From assembly GCA_963663765.2 (NCBI GenBank), contig CAXXUA010000004.1, forward strand, positions 576,001-640,000: a stretch of 64,000 nt of DNA. Reading direction: 5' to 3'. The notes under the pieces were generated by a model. The model did no database searches, was not told the DNA's origin, and was given only the letters and a program-made list of their open reading frames with translations. Each line of letters starts with the position of its first letter. The stretch's first letter is position 1. The DNA is from Candidatus Poribacteria bacterium. Its GTDB lineage: Bacteria; Poribacteria; WGA-4E; WGA-3G. This document shows positions 22,920 to 33,307 of the stretch, piece by piece. Position numbers and translations under genes: made by a program.

Positions 22920-23735
22920 ATGAAAAATCGAAAGTTAAGCGAATATTTACATAATCCTTATATTTTAAGCAGAAAAATTATAGGAGTTAGCCTTTTCATC
23001 TTTATGTTTACAACGTTAACGATTTGGATAGGTGATGCAGCCGATGCACAGTCGTTTGGTGATCCGTTTGACGGCAATGATTTAAATAATTCTAATTGGA
23101 AATGGCAAAACGAGCCGTCTGAATGGGATGTAGGTGGGACTCTTGATGGACACCTGTACATTATGACTGATGATGCAGATAGGAATCTCTGGGCAAACGA
23201 CATGTCACATTTCTTGTATCAAGAAACTGAGACTGATATGTTTGATGTTGAAACCCAATTCAACGTCAGATGGGATACGAATAGTAGCGTTCTTGGATTG
23301 GTTGTAAAGAGTCCTGGCAATGTAGAGGATGATACTGATGATAACTGGGTAACCCTCAAATTCTGGGCTCGGGATGCAGGCAACAGAGGGCAAATACAGT
23401 TCCAACGTAAACAATCAGGTATGGGACCCGCCGATATTGGTTGGAGGTTCGGTGATTGGGGTGACATTCAACTTTCCCTTCGACTCAAAAAGGAAGGTGA
23501 TACATACACTGCATGGTATAAAGCAGAGGAAGACGAGGATTGGGTCGATATTGGACAGGGCACTTTTACCCTGACATCTCCACTTTGGCTCGGTATCTAT
23601 GCGGGTGTTGGTAATGCTGAAGGGGGCACGCTTGAAGTTGAATATGATTATTTACAAGACAATTTGAACCAATTCCCAGTAGAACCGGACGGTAAAGCGA
23701 CTACAACATGGGGTGCAGTAAAAACCCGTTATTAA
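22920..23735 (+). CDS. Paralog of the preceding ConA-like secreted protein
   Basis: Colinear similarity (FGDPF, WQNEP, NLWA, WVTxKFW, PLWLGIY); ends VEPDGKATTTWGAVKTRY. Confidence 0.8.
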   Translation: MKNRKLSEYLHNPYILSRKIIGVSLFIFMFTTLTIWIGDAADAQSFGDPFDGNDLNNSNWKWQNEPSEWDVGGTLDGHLYIMTDDADRNLWANDMSHFLYQETETDMFDVETQFNVRWDTNSSVLGLVVKSPGNVEDDTDDNWVTLKFWARDAGNRGQIQFQRKQSGMGPADIGWRFGDWGDIQLSLRLKKEGDTYTAWYKAEEDEDWVDIGQGTFTLTSPLWLGIYAGVGNAEGGTLEVEYDYLQDNLNQFPVEPDGKATTTWGAVKTRY

Positions 23736-23749
23736 GGAGAATAGAGACT

Positions 23750-25654
23750 ATGCGATACAGTTTAATAAGCGTGCTCTGTTTCTGTGTCGTTTCTCCATTG
23801 TTAGCTGAGACTTTCACAGATGTCAGCATATTTGCAGGTGTACAACAACGTGAAACACCAATAGATGAAAACTCCGGTACCTGGTTTGGTCCCGGTACCG
23901 CCGCTGCAGACTATGATAACGATGGTTGCTGGCTTGACATCTTCGTTGTTGGTGATGGGGGACTCCCGAACTCACTTTACCATAATAATAGGGATGGAAC
24001 ATTTACTGATATTGCTGGTAAAGCAGGTGTTGACAACACCCCAAATGGTAGAGGATGCGTTTGGTTTGACTATAACAATGATGGTTGGCGAGACCTTTAT
24101 GTAACCTGTGCGGGACCGAACTATCTTTTTATGAACAACGGAGATTGCACGTTCACAGATGTCACTGAGCAGGCAGGTGTTGCTGATGCACAGCACGGTA
24201 CAAGTATCGCAGTCGCAGATTATGACCATGATGGGTGGTTGGATATATATGTTGCAAACTGGGGACGTCCAGCATCGCTTTTAGTTTTTCAACCCGATCC
24301 GAGTGTTAATGTACTTTATCGGAACAAAGGTGATGGCACTTTTGAAGATATGTCACAGGTCGCAGGAGTCGCAGATGGTGGAATTGGATGGGGGGCAATC
24401 TTTTTCGACTATGATGGCGATACATGGGCAGATTTGTTCGTTGCAAATGACCATGGACCTGATAAGTTATATCGCAACAAAGGGGACGGTACTTTCGTTG
24501 ATGTTTCTGATCAATCTGGTATTGTAACGCTCATCAGAGGAAAACCGACCGGCGCAATGGGATTTTGCGTCGGTGATTATGACAACGATACTGACCTTGA
24601 CCTTTTCGTTACGAACTATGATGAAGACCTTCTCTGGCGAAACAACGGTGATGGTACTTTCACTAATGTTGCTGAAGATGTTGGCGTAGCAAACGTCGGT
24701 GTCGGCTGGTATGCCTCTTTTGTTGACTACGACAATGATGGACATAGGGACCTATATGTCGTCAACGGTGATGTGGATAATTCGCAAAAGACCAACCGCA
24801 ACCGTCTCTATCATAATAATGGAAATGGGATGTTTGTGGATCGTTCCGATGAATTCAACACGGTTGTTGATGTTGTTGGGCGCGGTGCAACCACCGGAGA
24901 CTTTGATAACGATGGTGATGTTGATTTTTATATAGTAAACAACACTGGCAATACGCTTCTTCTAAACGATCTGGATCCTTCGTGGCCGTCCGATGATCCA
25001 CCATGGCAGTCAAATAGACATGCTACTCGACGCAACTTAGCTAAGAATCAACGTCTACAAATACGTTTGCATGGAACAAAGAGCAACCGTGACGGCATCG
25101 GAACACGGATCGCTGTAAGAGTAAAGGACTTTGTTCAGACACAAGAACTAATTTGCGGTACCGGTTTTCTCGGTAGTGATAGCTTAGAACTTGAGATTGG
25201 ACTTGCAGGTGCTTCTCGAATTGATGCTATTACTCTGACGTGGCCTTCCGGTCTTGTTGAAACCTATGAAAACCTATATGTAGCAGATCTGTTTGTTTTT
25301 ACTGAAGGTGAAAAAGAAAAATTTGTCGTATCGGTTGAACCGACAGGAAAACAAATTACAACATGGGGTAGGACGAAAAAAGCAGAAATTTATCAAAACT
25401 ATCCTAACCCATTTAACCCAGAAACATGGATTCCGTATAAACTTTTTGAAACCAGTGATGTTCAGGTTTCCATATTTTCCTCAACTGGAGAATTGGTTAG
25501 AGAATTCAAACTTGGACATCAGTATCAAGGTAATAAAAAGTTGCATTGGGATGGGAAGAACGCTCAGGGTGAAACTGTCTCCAGTGGAATCTATTTCTAT
25601 CAGTTTAAGGCGGGTAATACCACAAGTGTGCGGAAAATGTGGTTAATGAAATAG
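23750..25654 (+). CDS. FG-GAP/ASPIC protein with C-terminal FlgD-Ig/T9SS type A-like domain
   Basis: RBS AAGGAG, signal peptide, FG-GAP repeats, QNYPNPFNPETWIPY...WDGKN...SSGIYFY. Confidence 0.9.
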   Translation: MRYSLISVLCFCVVSPLLAETFTDVSIFAGVQQRETPIDENSGTWFGPGTAAADYDNDGCWLDIFVVGDGGLPNSLYHNNRDGTFTDIAGKAGVDNTPNGRGCVWFDYNNDGWRDLYVTCAGPNYLFMNNGDCTFTDVTEQAGVADAQHGTSIAVADYDHDGWLDIYVANWGRPASLLVFQPDPSVNVLYRNKGDGTFEDMSQVAGVADGGIGWGAIFFDYDGDTWADLFVANDHGPDKLYRNKGDGTFVDVSDQSGIVTLIRGKPTGAMGFCVGDYDNDTDLDLFVTNYDEDLLWRNNGDGTFTNVAEDVGVANVGVGWYASFVDYDNDGHRDLYVVNGDVDNSQKTNRNRLYHNNGNGMFVDRSDEFNTVVDVVGRGATTGDFDNDGDVDFYIVNNTGNTLLLNDLDPSWPSDDPPWQSNRHATRRNLAKNQRLQIRLHGTKSNRDGIGTRIAVRVKDFVQTQELICGTGFLGSDSLELEIGLAGASRIDAITLTWPSGLVETYENLYVADLFVFTEGEKEKFVVSVEPTGKQITTWGRTKKAEIYQNYPNPFNPETWIPYKLFETSDVQVSIFSSTGELVREFKLGHQYQGNKKLHWDGKNAQGETVSSGIYFYQFKAGNTTSVRKMWLMK

Positions 25655-25980
25655 ATTGATCCGACAAATATAAGGTGAGGAAAATGGTTGGAACGAATTG
25701 CATCACAGCGTAATTGCTACGACTCTTGTTGACTTTCTGCTTTATTACAACATGACCGCTCTCCTTTTTACATATAACCCTATGTCTATGTGCCATCCTT
25801 TAAACTTTAGAGTCTTGTTTTTGGTATATTTTTAAATAAATTACACACTTAACAGGTAGTAGCGACCTCCTGGTCGTGACCGGTAGGTCGCTACTACCAA
25901 ATGTAAAAGGCTAAATAAATAACACAATTCCAACGTCGTGAACTGAAGAAATGTATAATTCTTTTTAAAATCAACCCTAA

Positions 25981-26102
25981 CAGGACTTTCGCAGTAAACG
26001 GTAGGCGCGCTTTGTAAGCACGCTGAAAACTAAAAAAGTGCTGAAAATTACATCATTTTCACCATAATTCTTGATTAAATCTTGATAACTGCGTAAGTCC
26101 TG
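25981..26102. mobile_element. CAGGACTTACG-type MITE, single copy
   Basis: CAGGACTTTCGCA...TGCGTAAGTCCTG with internal GTAGGCGCGCTTTGTAAGC REP. Confidence 0.8.
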
Positions 26103-26187
26103 CATAAAAAAGATACCTTTAGTGTTTATCCCTGTAAATCGGTTTTAGTATTTCCTCATATACCAACAGATTAGGAGCAAGCAAATC

Positions 26188-27210
26188 GTGTCAATCCCTC
26201 CCAAAGTTCGCGTTGCTTTCTATGGATGTGGAAACTTTGCAAAAAGAACCCGAATACCCAACCTTTTACAACAGGAAGTTGTTAATATTGTTGCAGTGTG
26301 TGATAGCAATGTGAAAACAGCAACGGAAACAGCACAACTTTTTGACATTCCAAAAACCTACCACAATGAAAACGGTGGCGCACACGAAATGCTTGATACC
26401 GAAGATTTTGACGTGCTATACTCTATCGTACCTGCTTATGTGCGAACTGATGTTGAAGTCATTGCTGCAAAGAAAGGCATACACATCTTCAGTGAAAAGC
26501 CACAGGCAATTACTATGCAGGTAGCAAATCGCATTGACAGAGCCATTCGAAAAGCACGTGTCCTGAGTACCGTTGGATTTCGCGAACGGTATCGTCCAAT
26601 TTTTCAAAAAGCACGTGAATTTTTGTCTGATAAAAAGATTGTGCATGTTCGCTTCCAAAGTTATGGAGGATTACCCGCTGCTGCAAGTAGCGAAACAAAA
26701 TCGTGGTGGGCAGACATGGAGAAATCCGGTGGTCGCGCTCTTGATTGGGGTGTCCATGCCACTGATTATAGTCGTTATATGACGGGATTGAATGTTGCTC
26801 GCGTGCAAGCGTTCTATTGTGAACGCACAGAATACGCTGCACCACTAACGTGTAGTTTTCATTACTGTTTTGAGAACGGTGGGACGATGACTCTTAACTT
26901 TATTTCCGCTGGTCAGAGCCCAAAAGACGAACCCTGGTTTACCATCTTCTTTGAAGGTGGGTATCTTGCTATTTATAAATACGACAGAATTGTTGTCAAT
27001 TCAGACACATTCTATCAAGCAGAGGAGTTTGATCCGTGGTTAGAACAAGATAGAACCTTTATTCGTGCTGTTGAAACAGGGGATGCAAGTATATTACAAA
27101 GCGATTACCACGATGGACTTTTCTCTTTAGCCCCAATATTGGCAGGTTGGGAATCTGCACGCCGAAATGGTGAATGTATCGAACTGGATTCGTTCATGGA
27201 TGTCACCTAA
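26188..27210 (+). CDS. Gfo/Idh/MocA family oxidoreductase
   Basis: GCGNFA Rossmann motif, HIFSEKP, SGGRALDWGVH. Confidence 0.92.
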   Translation: MSIPPKVRVAFYGCGNFAKRTRIPNLLQQEVVNIVAVCDSNVKTATETAQLFDIPKTYHNENGGAHEMLDTEDFDVLYSIVPAYVRTDVEVIAAKKGIHIFSEKPQAITMQVANRIDRAIRKARVLSTVGFRERYRPIFQKAREFLSDKKIVHVRFQSYGGLPAAASSETKSWWADMEKSGGRALDWGVHATDYSRYMTGLNVARVQAFYCERTEYAAPLTCSFHYCFENGGTMTLNFISAGQSPKDEPWFTIFFEGGYLAIYKYDRIVVNSDTFYQAEEFDPWLEQDRTFIRAVETGDASILQSDYHDGLFSLAPILAGWESARRNGECIELDSFMDVT

Positions 27211-27279
27211 ATGTAATTTTTTTCGTATGATTAATTAAATAAGTTTACTATTTATTGCAATTTGGAGGAATTAGAAATA

Positions 27280-27495
27280 ATGGATGCAAAATTAAAAAAA
27301 GTGCAAATTACACCGATGAAATTTGATAAGGATGGTGACGTACAAAAAGAGGAATTTGCAACGTTGACAATAGAAGTGCCGATGGATAGCGCGGGACAAC
27401 GTGATTCAATTGTAAGTCTATTGCAACTTCTCAGTAGAGAATGGGTTGTCCTGCATGTAGAAGGCAAATCACCTGGCGCAGTGGGAACCGCCTAA
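27280..27495 (+). CDS. Small hypothetical protein (71 aa)
   Basis: GGAGG RBS before ATG 27280; ends 7 bp before the aminotransferase start. Confidence 0.7.
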   Translation: MDAKLKKVQITPMKFDKDGDVQKEEFATLTIEVPMDSAGQRDSIVSLLQLLSREWVVLHVEGKSPGAVGTA

Positions 27496-27502
27496 GTCTA
27501 TC

Positions 27503-28636
27503 ATGAAAAAAAAACACCTTTTTACCCCCGGTCCAACTCCAATTCCACCAGATGCCTATTTGGCAATGGTACAACCGATTGACTACCACCGCAGTGAAGA
27601 GAGTGTTGCTTTAATTAAAGACATCTTAGAAAAACTCAAACATGTATTTCAAACGGAGAATGATGTTCTTTTTCTGACATCCTCTGGCACTGGGGCGATG
27701 GAGGGTGCTGTTGCCAATCTGCTATGTCGTGGTGACAAGGCTTTAGTTATTCGGAGTGGTAAGTTTGGTGAACGGTGGGCAGAAATCTGCACGGCGTATG
27801 GGGTTGAGGTCGTTCCTATTGATGTGACCTATGGTGATTCAGTTGCACCAGAAGTCGTAGCAGAAAAGCTGACTACTAACTCTGATGTAACAGCAGTTTT
27901 TGCAACACTTTGCGAAACATCTACAGGTGCATTGCACGACATTGAAGCGATAGCAGGCATAACGAGAGACAGTCCAGTACTTCTTGTCGTTGATGCGGTT
28001 AGTGCACTCGGTGCAGACGATTTGCAGATGGACAGTTGGGGTGTAGATGTTGTTGTGTCCTGCTCACAAAAAGGATTGATGACTCCTCCGGGACTCGCTT
28101 TTGCTGCACTGAACTCTCGCGCTTGGGATGCAACAGAACGATCCGATCTTCCAAAATACTACCTCGACTACCGCAAGGCACATCAGCGCGGGTTAGAAGG
28201 GTCAGCACCATACACACCAGCAGTTACACTACTTGCAGGATTACAATTCGCACTCAATCATATCTGTGCGGAAGGTATCCGAAATACCATCTCGCGTCAT
28301 GCCCGAATGGCATCTGCTACGCGAAATGCCATCAAAGCCATCGGTCTACCGTTGTTTGCAACATCTCCTGCGAATACGTTAACCTCCATCCGTTTGCCCG
28401 AAGAAATTGATGGTAAAGCGTTTGTTAAGATGATGCGAGATAATCATGGCATCACTTATGCAGGCGGACAGGGGAATTTGAGTGGAAAGATTGTCCGTAT
28501 TGCACATCTCGGCTGGATGAACGAATACGATGTTATTGTTGCTATCTCTGCTTTTGAGAGAGGGATTGCAGAAATCGGATACGATGTACAACTCGGAGCG
28601 GGTGTTACAGCTGCACAAGAGGTTTTTTTAACCTAA
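27503..28636 (+). CDS. Class V PLP aminotransferase (serine-pyruvate/alanine-glyoxylate type)
   Basis: TPGPT, SSGTGAME, VDAVS, SQKGLMTPPG, RIAHLG. Confidence 0.93.
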   Translation: MKKKHLFTPGPTPIPPDAYLAMVQPIDYHRSEESVALIKDILEKLKHVFQTENDVLFLTSSGTGAMEGAVANLLCRGDKALVIRSGKFGERWAEICTAYGVEVVPIDVTYGDSVAPEVVAEKLTTNSDVTAVFATLCETSTGALHDIEAIAGITRDSPVLLVVDAVSALGADDLQMDSWGVDVVVSCSQKGLMTPPGLAFAALNSRAWDATERSDLPKYYLDYRKAHQRGLEGSAPYTPAVTLLAGLQFALNHICAEGIRNTISRHARMASATRNAIKAIGLPLFATSPANTLTSIRLPEEIDGKAFVKMMRDNHGITYAGGQGNLSGKIVRIAHLGWMNEYDVIVAISAFERGIAEIGYDVQLGAGVTAAQEVFLT

Positions 28637-28652
28637 GTATTGACAGAAAAGT

Positions 28653-29482
28653 AGGGTTATTCAGTTTTAAGAATCTATCGTTATGCCAGTTAATTTTGGG
28701 TTAAGATTAACGACTTGTGCCAGTTAACCCATTGTTTTCAAAGTTTTTACATATATTAGGTTTATAATGCATACATATCGTCCCTACGGGACTAAAGAGG
28801 ATGTACTATGCCGTTTTTCTATAAACATATCGTCCCTACGGGACTGAAGATCGTTTCAAACTATGAAGGACACCTGCAAAACACCATGCTTATGTGAAAC
28901 AATGATTAACATATAGTTATTTAGCACAACTCGTTAAATTACTAATTGGTAAAATTGGTAATTTTTTCTTCGGAAAAACCCAGTCATAGACAAGATTTGT
29001 GTACAGAAAAAATTACCAATTGCCTGAAAGTAGCGACTTGTACTAAATAACTATTTATTAAAAATTACTTCACATAGACAAGTGGATTTAACCGTCCTTC
29101 TTTTGCTTTGGATGATCTTTAGTCCCGTAGGGACGAAATGTTATATACCATACCCAATATATGTGAATTTAGTATAAACATTTAGTTAACTGGCACAAGT
29201 CGTAAGATTAGTAATTATATAGGATTTTTGTGGTATTCTTGATTTTGGTCTGAACTAGGATTTTCAGGATGAGTAGATTATCAAGATATTACTCATCAGA
29301 TCCTAATCCAAAAGAGAGCATAAACACATATCAAAAACCCTTGACGAGGTAAATCCTGCTAATCTGGTAATCCTGAAAATCCTGGTTCAGAAAAAGAATG
29401 GATTAACTCACAAGAATAAGCTCACTCAAGGATTAACAACTTTGATAGAATTTACTCAATAAATTGAAAACTGAATAACCCT
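28653..29482. mobile_element. Nested MITE cluster: outer element with AGGGTTATTCAGTTTT TIRs containing a composite ACGACTTGTGCC-type MITE (28710-29203) and other palindromes
   Basis: Outer TIR pair, with a partial copy at ~31720-31800; inner composite flanked by AAGATTA on both sides; 21/22-bp inverted repeat at ~29249-29391. Confidence 0.75.
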
Positions 29483-29568
29483 GTCCTATTGATTTAGGAG
29501 TTGTTTTTTTCTGATGAATTCTGATACAATAATAAGATAAGTTGAACATCAGAAAAAACAATTCTTTT

Positions 29569-30312
29569 TTCTATTTCATTTAGGGGATTGACAACCCCCT
29601 AATACTTATCAATATTGTATCATATATTGTACAGGACTTACGCAGTTTTCTTGATTTAATCAAAAATTATGATGAAAATGATGCCATTATCAGCGTTTTT
29701 ATGGGTTTCCGGCGCGCTTACAAAGCACGCCTACCGTTGGGTGCGTAAGTCCTGTTTCTAATTCATTTAGGGATTGACAACCCCCTAATACTTATCAATA
29801 TTGTATCATATATTGTACAGGACTTACGCAGTTTTCTTGATTTAATCAAAAATTATGATGAAAATGATGCCATTATCAGCGTTTTTATGGGTTTCCGGCG
29901 CGCTTACAAAGCACGCCTACCGTTGGGTGCGTAAGTCTTGTTTCTAATTCATTTAGGGATTGACAACCCCCTAATACTTATCAATATTGTTTCATATATT
30001 GTACAGGACTTACGCAGTTTTCTTGATTTAATCAAAAATTATGATGAAAATGATGCCATTATCAGCGTTTTTATGGGTTTCCGGCGCGCTTACAAAGCAC
30101 GCCTACCGTTGGGTGCGTAAGTCCTGTTTCTAATTCATTTAGTGATTGACAACCCCCTAATACTTATCAATATTGTTTCATATATTGTACAGGACTTACG
30201 CAGTTTTCTTGATTTAATCATAAACTATGACGAAAATGATGCCATTATCAGCGTTTTTATGGGTTTCCGGCGCGCTTACAAAGCACGCCTACCGTTGGGT
30301 GCGTAAGTCCTG
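29569..30312. repeat. Four tandem 186-bp units, each 63 bp of flank plus a complete 123-bp CAGGACTTACGCA MITE
   Basis: TIR starts at 29632, 29818, 30004 and 30190; TSD TTGTA. Confidence 0.92.
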
Positions 30313-30426
30313 TTGTAATTAAGACAAGCAATAAATCCATTCTATGTATAGGCTTATAGCAGTTTTATTGAATCCCAAAACAACTAATTCCCAAGCTAAA
30401 TAACTCTGACCAGATATGTTTTCTTA

Positions 30427-30455
30427 TTGACATTCAATAAAAAACATGTTAACAT
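30427..30455 (+). promoter_or_regulatory. sigma70 promoter of the candidate selenoprotein gene
   Basis: TTGACA-N17-TAACAT with extended -10 TG; palindrome ATGTTAACAT overlaps the -10. Confidence 0.65.
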
Positions 30456-30538
30456 TTATACAAAATTAAGAACAAATTTGACTTATACCTAACTAAAATA
30501 CATTGTAGGTAAAAACTAATATTCGTGAGGATTTAACA

Positions 30539-31594
30539 ATGAAAAATCTACTTACAGCAATACTTGTTATACAGTTCGTTTTCATTTCTCTCGGTTTCGC
30601 ACAAGAGAGCTGAGGTGCGTGAAGCAACCCCACAATCCCACTCAGTGGGGGAGATGAAGTTAGTTTAACTTCAGAGCAAAAGAGATTTCAAATTACATTT
30701 GGCACACGAACTTTTAATGCCCATGGTGGACACGATGAAGTTAATGGTATATCGGCATTTGGTGAACCACCAGAACCTGTTGCTGCACACCGTCATGAAG
30801 TTGAGATGAATGTAGTGCGCTTTGAAATCGGATTAAAATACAAAATAAACAAGAATTGGCAACTGGAAACTATAGTTCCTTATGAGATAAAAGACCAGAA
30901 TGCTAATGTAAGTGGACTTGAAAACATTGATGATTCTGAAATGCACAGGAAAATACTACTCTATCAAAATATTCATCATCGGGATGAAACCTATCAAGGT
31001 ATCTCGGATATGGATCTATTGATGTCTTATCACAAGCATGGTCTTCTGATGAAAAATGATATGTTAACCGCGAAATTTGGATCAACAATACCGGTTGGAA
31101 AAACAGAAAAAGACCCATGGAAACTTGGTGATATGGGGATGGAACATCTCCATCTTCAATTCGGCACTGGGACATTTAATCCCATCGCAGACCTGCGTTA
31201 CTCCTTTCCAGTATATGCTGGATTGTCTGTAAATGCAGGTGTTCGCAGTAAGGTGCCTTTCTATGAAAACAGTAAGACATATCTCGGCTCATGGGAAGTT
31301 ACCTATACTGGTGGATTGAGATATAAAGTCGTAGACTGGCTTTCAGTACAGTCAAGTTTTCTTGGACTATATCAATCCTTTGCACATTGGGATGGAGAAA
31401 TTGACATCAATACAGGATTGCAGTTTAGTATGGCTTCTTTGGGAGCATCTTTCTCAACTCCTTACAATGTCCCTTTGACTATTACATTGATGTTGCCAAT
31501 ACAACAAGAAACCCTTTACGAAGACTCGCAGAATGGCAGTGATGCTTTCAAATTGAGTATGTTAGTTTCTCTAACTGCGTTGTATTCCTTTTGA
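30539..31594 (+). CDS. Putative outer-membrane beta-barrel transporter, candidate selenoprotein with UxxU motif (351 aa by readthrough)
   Basis: GAGG RBS, ATG 30539, signal peptide MKNLLTAILVIQFVFISLGFA, then QES-TGA-GA-TGA-SNPT; the frame continues without another stop into the 30806 ORF; LQFGTG motif and C-terminal YSF. Confidence 0.75.
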
Positions 31595-31936
31595 TCTTAG
31601 CTCCAAGATAGAATTTGACACAAATATTGTGAGTCGTAATTCATCGTAAAAGAGTTCATAGACAAGTGTTTTTCTGCTCAGTTCCTCGCTTCATTTAGAA
31701 TGATACCAACTCCTTCCCCCAGGGTTATTCAGTTTTCAATTTATTGAGTAAATTCTATCACAGTCGTTAATTCTTGAGTTTGCTTATTTTTGGGGTTAAC
31801 TTATTCTTTGTTTGAAAAACCTGGTTTCGACATAAATAATAACTTTGCACACGCATACAGTTTAGGTTGAAAACCGTGAATTATTCTGATAAAATTATAT
31901 AGAAACATCAGAACTTCTTATAACAAAAGAGGCGAT

Positions 31937-33232
31937 ATGCAACATCTTTACGATACACAACCCATCAATCCACCATCTCGTGCGATCCTTGTCGGTGTGA
32001 AGCTGAGAAATGCATTGATGCACGAAACAGAAGAATCTTTACAGGAGCTTCGACAGCTCACTGAAACTGCTGGAATTGAAGTTGTTTGTGAGACAATTCA
32101 ACCTCGCAATGTTCCGAATCCGACCTACTTTATAGGTGAAGGTAAAGTTGAAGAACTTAAGAACGTGGCAGCGGAATTGGAGGCGGATGCAATCATCTTT
32201 GACGAGGAACTATCCCCTGCACAGACACGAAATATTGAAAACGTACTTGAAATTGCGACCGTTGATAGAACAGGGCTCATCCTACAGGTTTTTGCACAAC
32301 GTGCATTGACCAGTGAAGCACGGTTACAAGTTACATTAGCACAGTTAGAATATGCTCTACCACGACTCACACGGATGTGGACACACCTTTCACGACTTGC
32401 CACAAGCGGGGGTAGTGGAAGCGGGGCATTACGGGGTCCAGGTGAAACGCAACTTGAAATGGACCGTCGGTGGGTTCGTAGACAAATCGCTCAAGTCAAA
32501 AAATCGTTAGAGACGGTAGAAAAGCGCAGACAACTTCAACGACAGAACAGAACCGAAAAAAACAAAGTGTCCCTTGTAGGCTATACCAACGCAGGGAAAT
32601 CAACTCTATTCAATACGTTAACAGGTGAAAATGTCTTAGCGGAAGACAAACTTTTTGCTACTTTGGATTCAACAACGCGACGAGTGAGTCTACCAGATAA
32701 TCAGAATATTCTGTTAAGTGATACCGTCGGTTTTATAAAAAAGTTACCACACCAACTGATAGCAGCCTTCAAAGCAACTTTGGAGGAAGTTACGCAAGCA
32801 GACCTACTATTGCATGTCGTTGATATAAGCCATCCGGAAGCAGAAGCACAGATCGCTGCAGTAGATAAAGTCCTTGTAGAACTTGATGCCGCAGACATTC
32901 CTATGGTAGTGGTATTCAATAAAATTGACCAGCTTGAAACGGAAGACCAATTCCATATCCAAAAAACACGTTATCCAAATGCGGTACCTATATCGGCACA
33001 GCGCGGTGACGGTATCTCAGAACTAATGGAGAAATTAGCGGATCATTTTGTTTCACACAGTGTCCTCCTAAATTTGAGTATCCCATATACAGATGGAAAA
33101 ACTTTAGATATGCTATATAAACACGGGACAGTGTTGGAGACAGAATATGTGGAGGCAGCAGTTCTCGTCAAAGCCCGTTTGCCAAGCCGTTATCTCAAAT
33201 CAGTGTCACAATTTGCTGTAAAGGATACATAA
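31937..33232 (+). CDS. hflX: GTPase HflX
   Basis: RGPGETQLE, GYTNAGKS, LFATLD, DTVGFI, NKID. Confidence 0.97.
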   Translation: MQHLYDTQPINPPSRAILVGVKLRNALMHETEESLQELRQLTETAGIEVVCETIQPRNVPNPTYFIGEGKVEELKNVAAELEADAIIFDEELSPAQTRNIENVLEIATVDRTGLILQVFAQRALTSEARLQVTLAQLEYALPRLTRMWTHLSRLATSGGSGSGALRGPGETQLEMDRRWVRRQIAQVKKSLETVEKRRQLQRQNRTEKNKVSLVGYTNAGKSTLFNTLTGENVLAEDKLFATLDSTTRRVSLPDNQNILLSDTVGFIKKLPHQLIAAFKATLEEVTQADLLLHVVDISHPEAEAQIAAVDKVLVELDAADIPMVVVFNKIDQLETEDQFHIQKTRYPNAVPISAQRGDGISELMEKLADHFVSHSVLLNLSIPYTDGKTLDMLYKHGTVLETEYVEAAVLVKARLPSRYLKSVSQFAVKDT

Positions 33233-33307
33233 TCTCTGCAAACTACCACATACACATAAATATTGAAACAATTTGTTTCTCACCGAAAAGGAGAATAAAA
33301 ACATAAT

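Noticed and set aside
30611-30622. Genome-wide UGA reassignment to Trp or Gly
   Set aside because: TGA is the normal stop of hsdR and of this gene itself, and other long genes have no in-frame TGA
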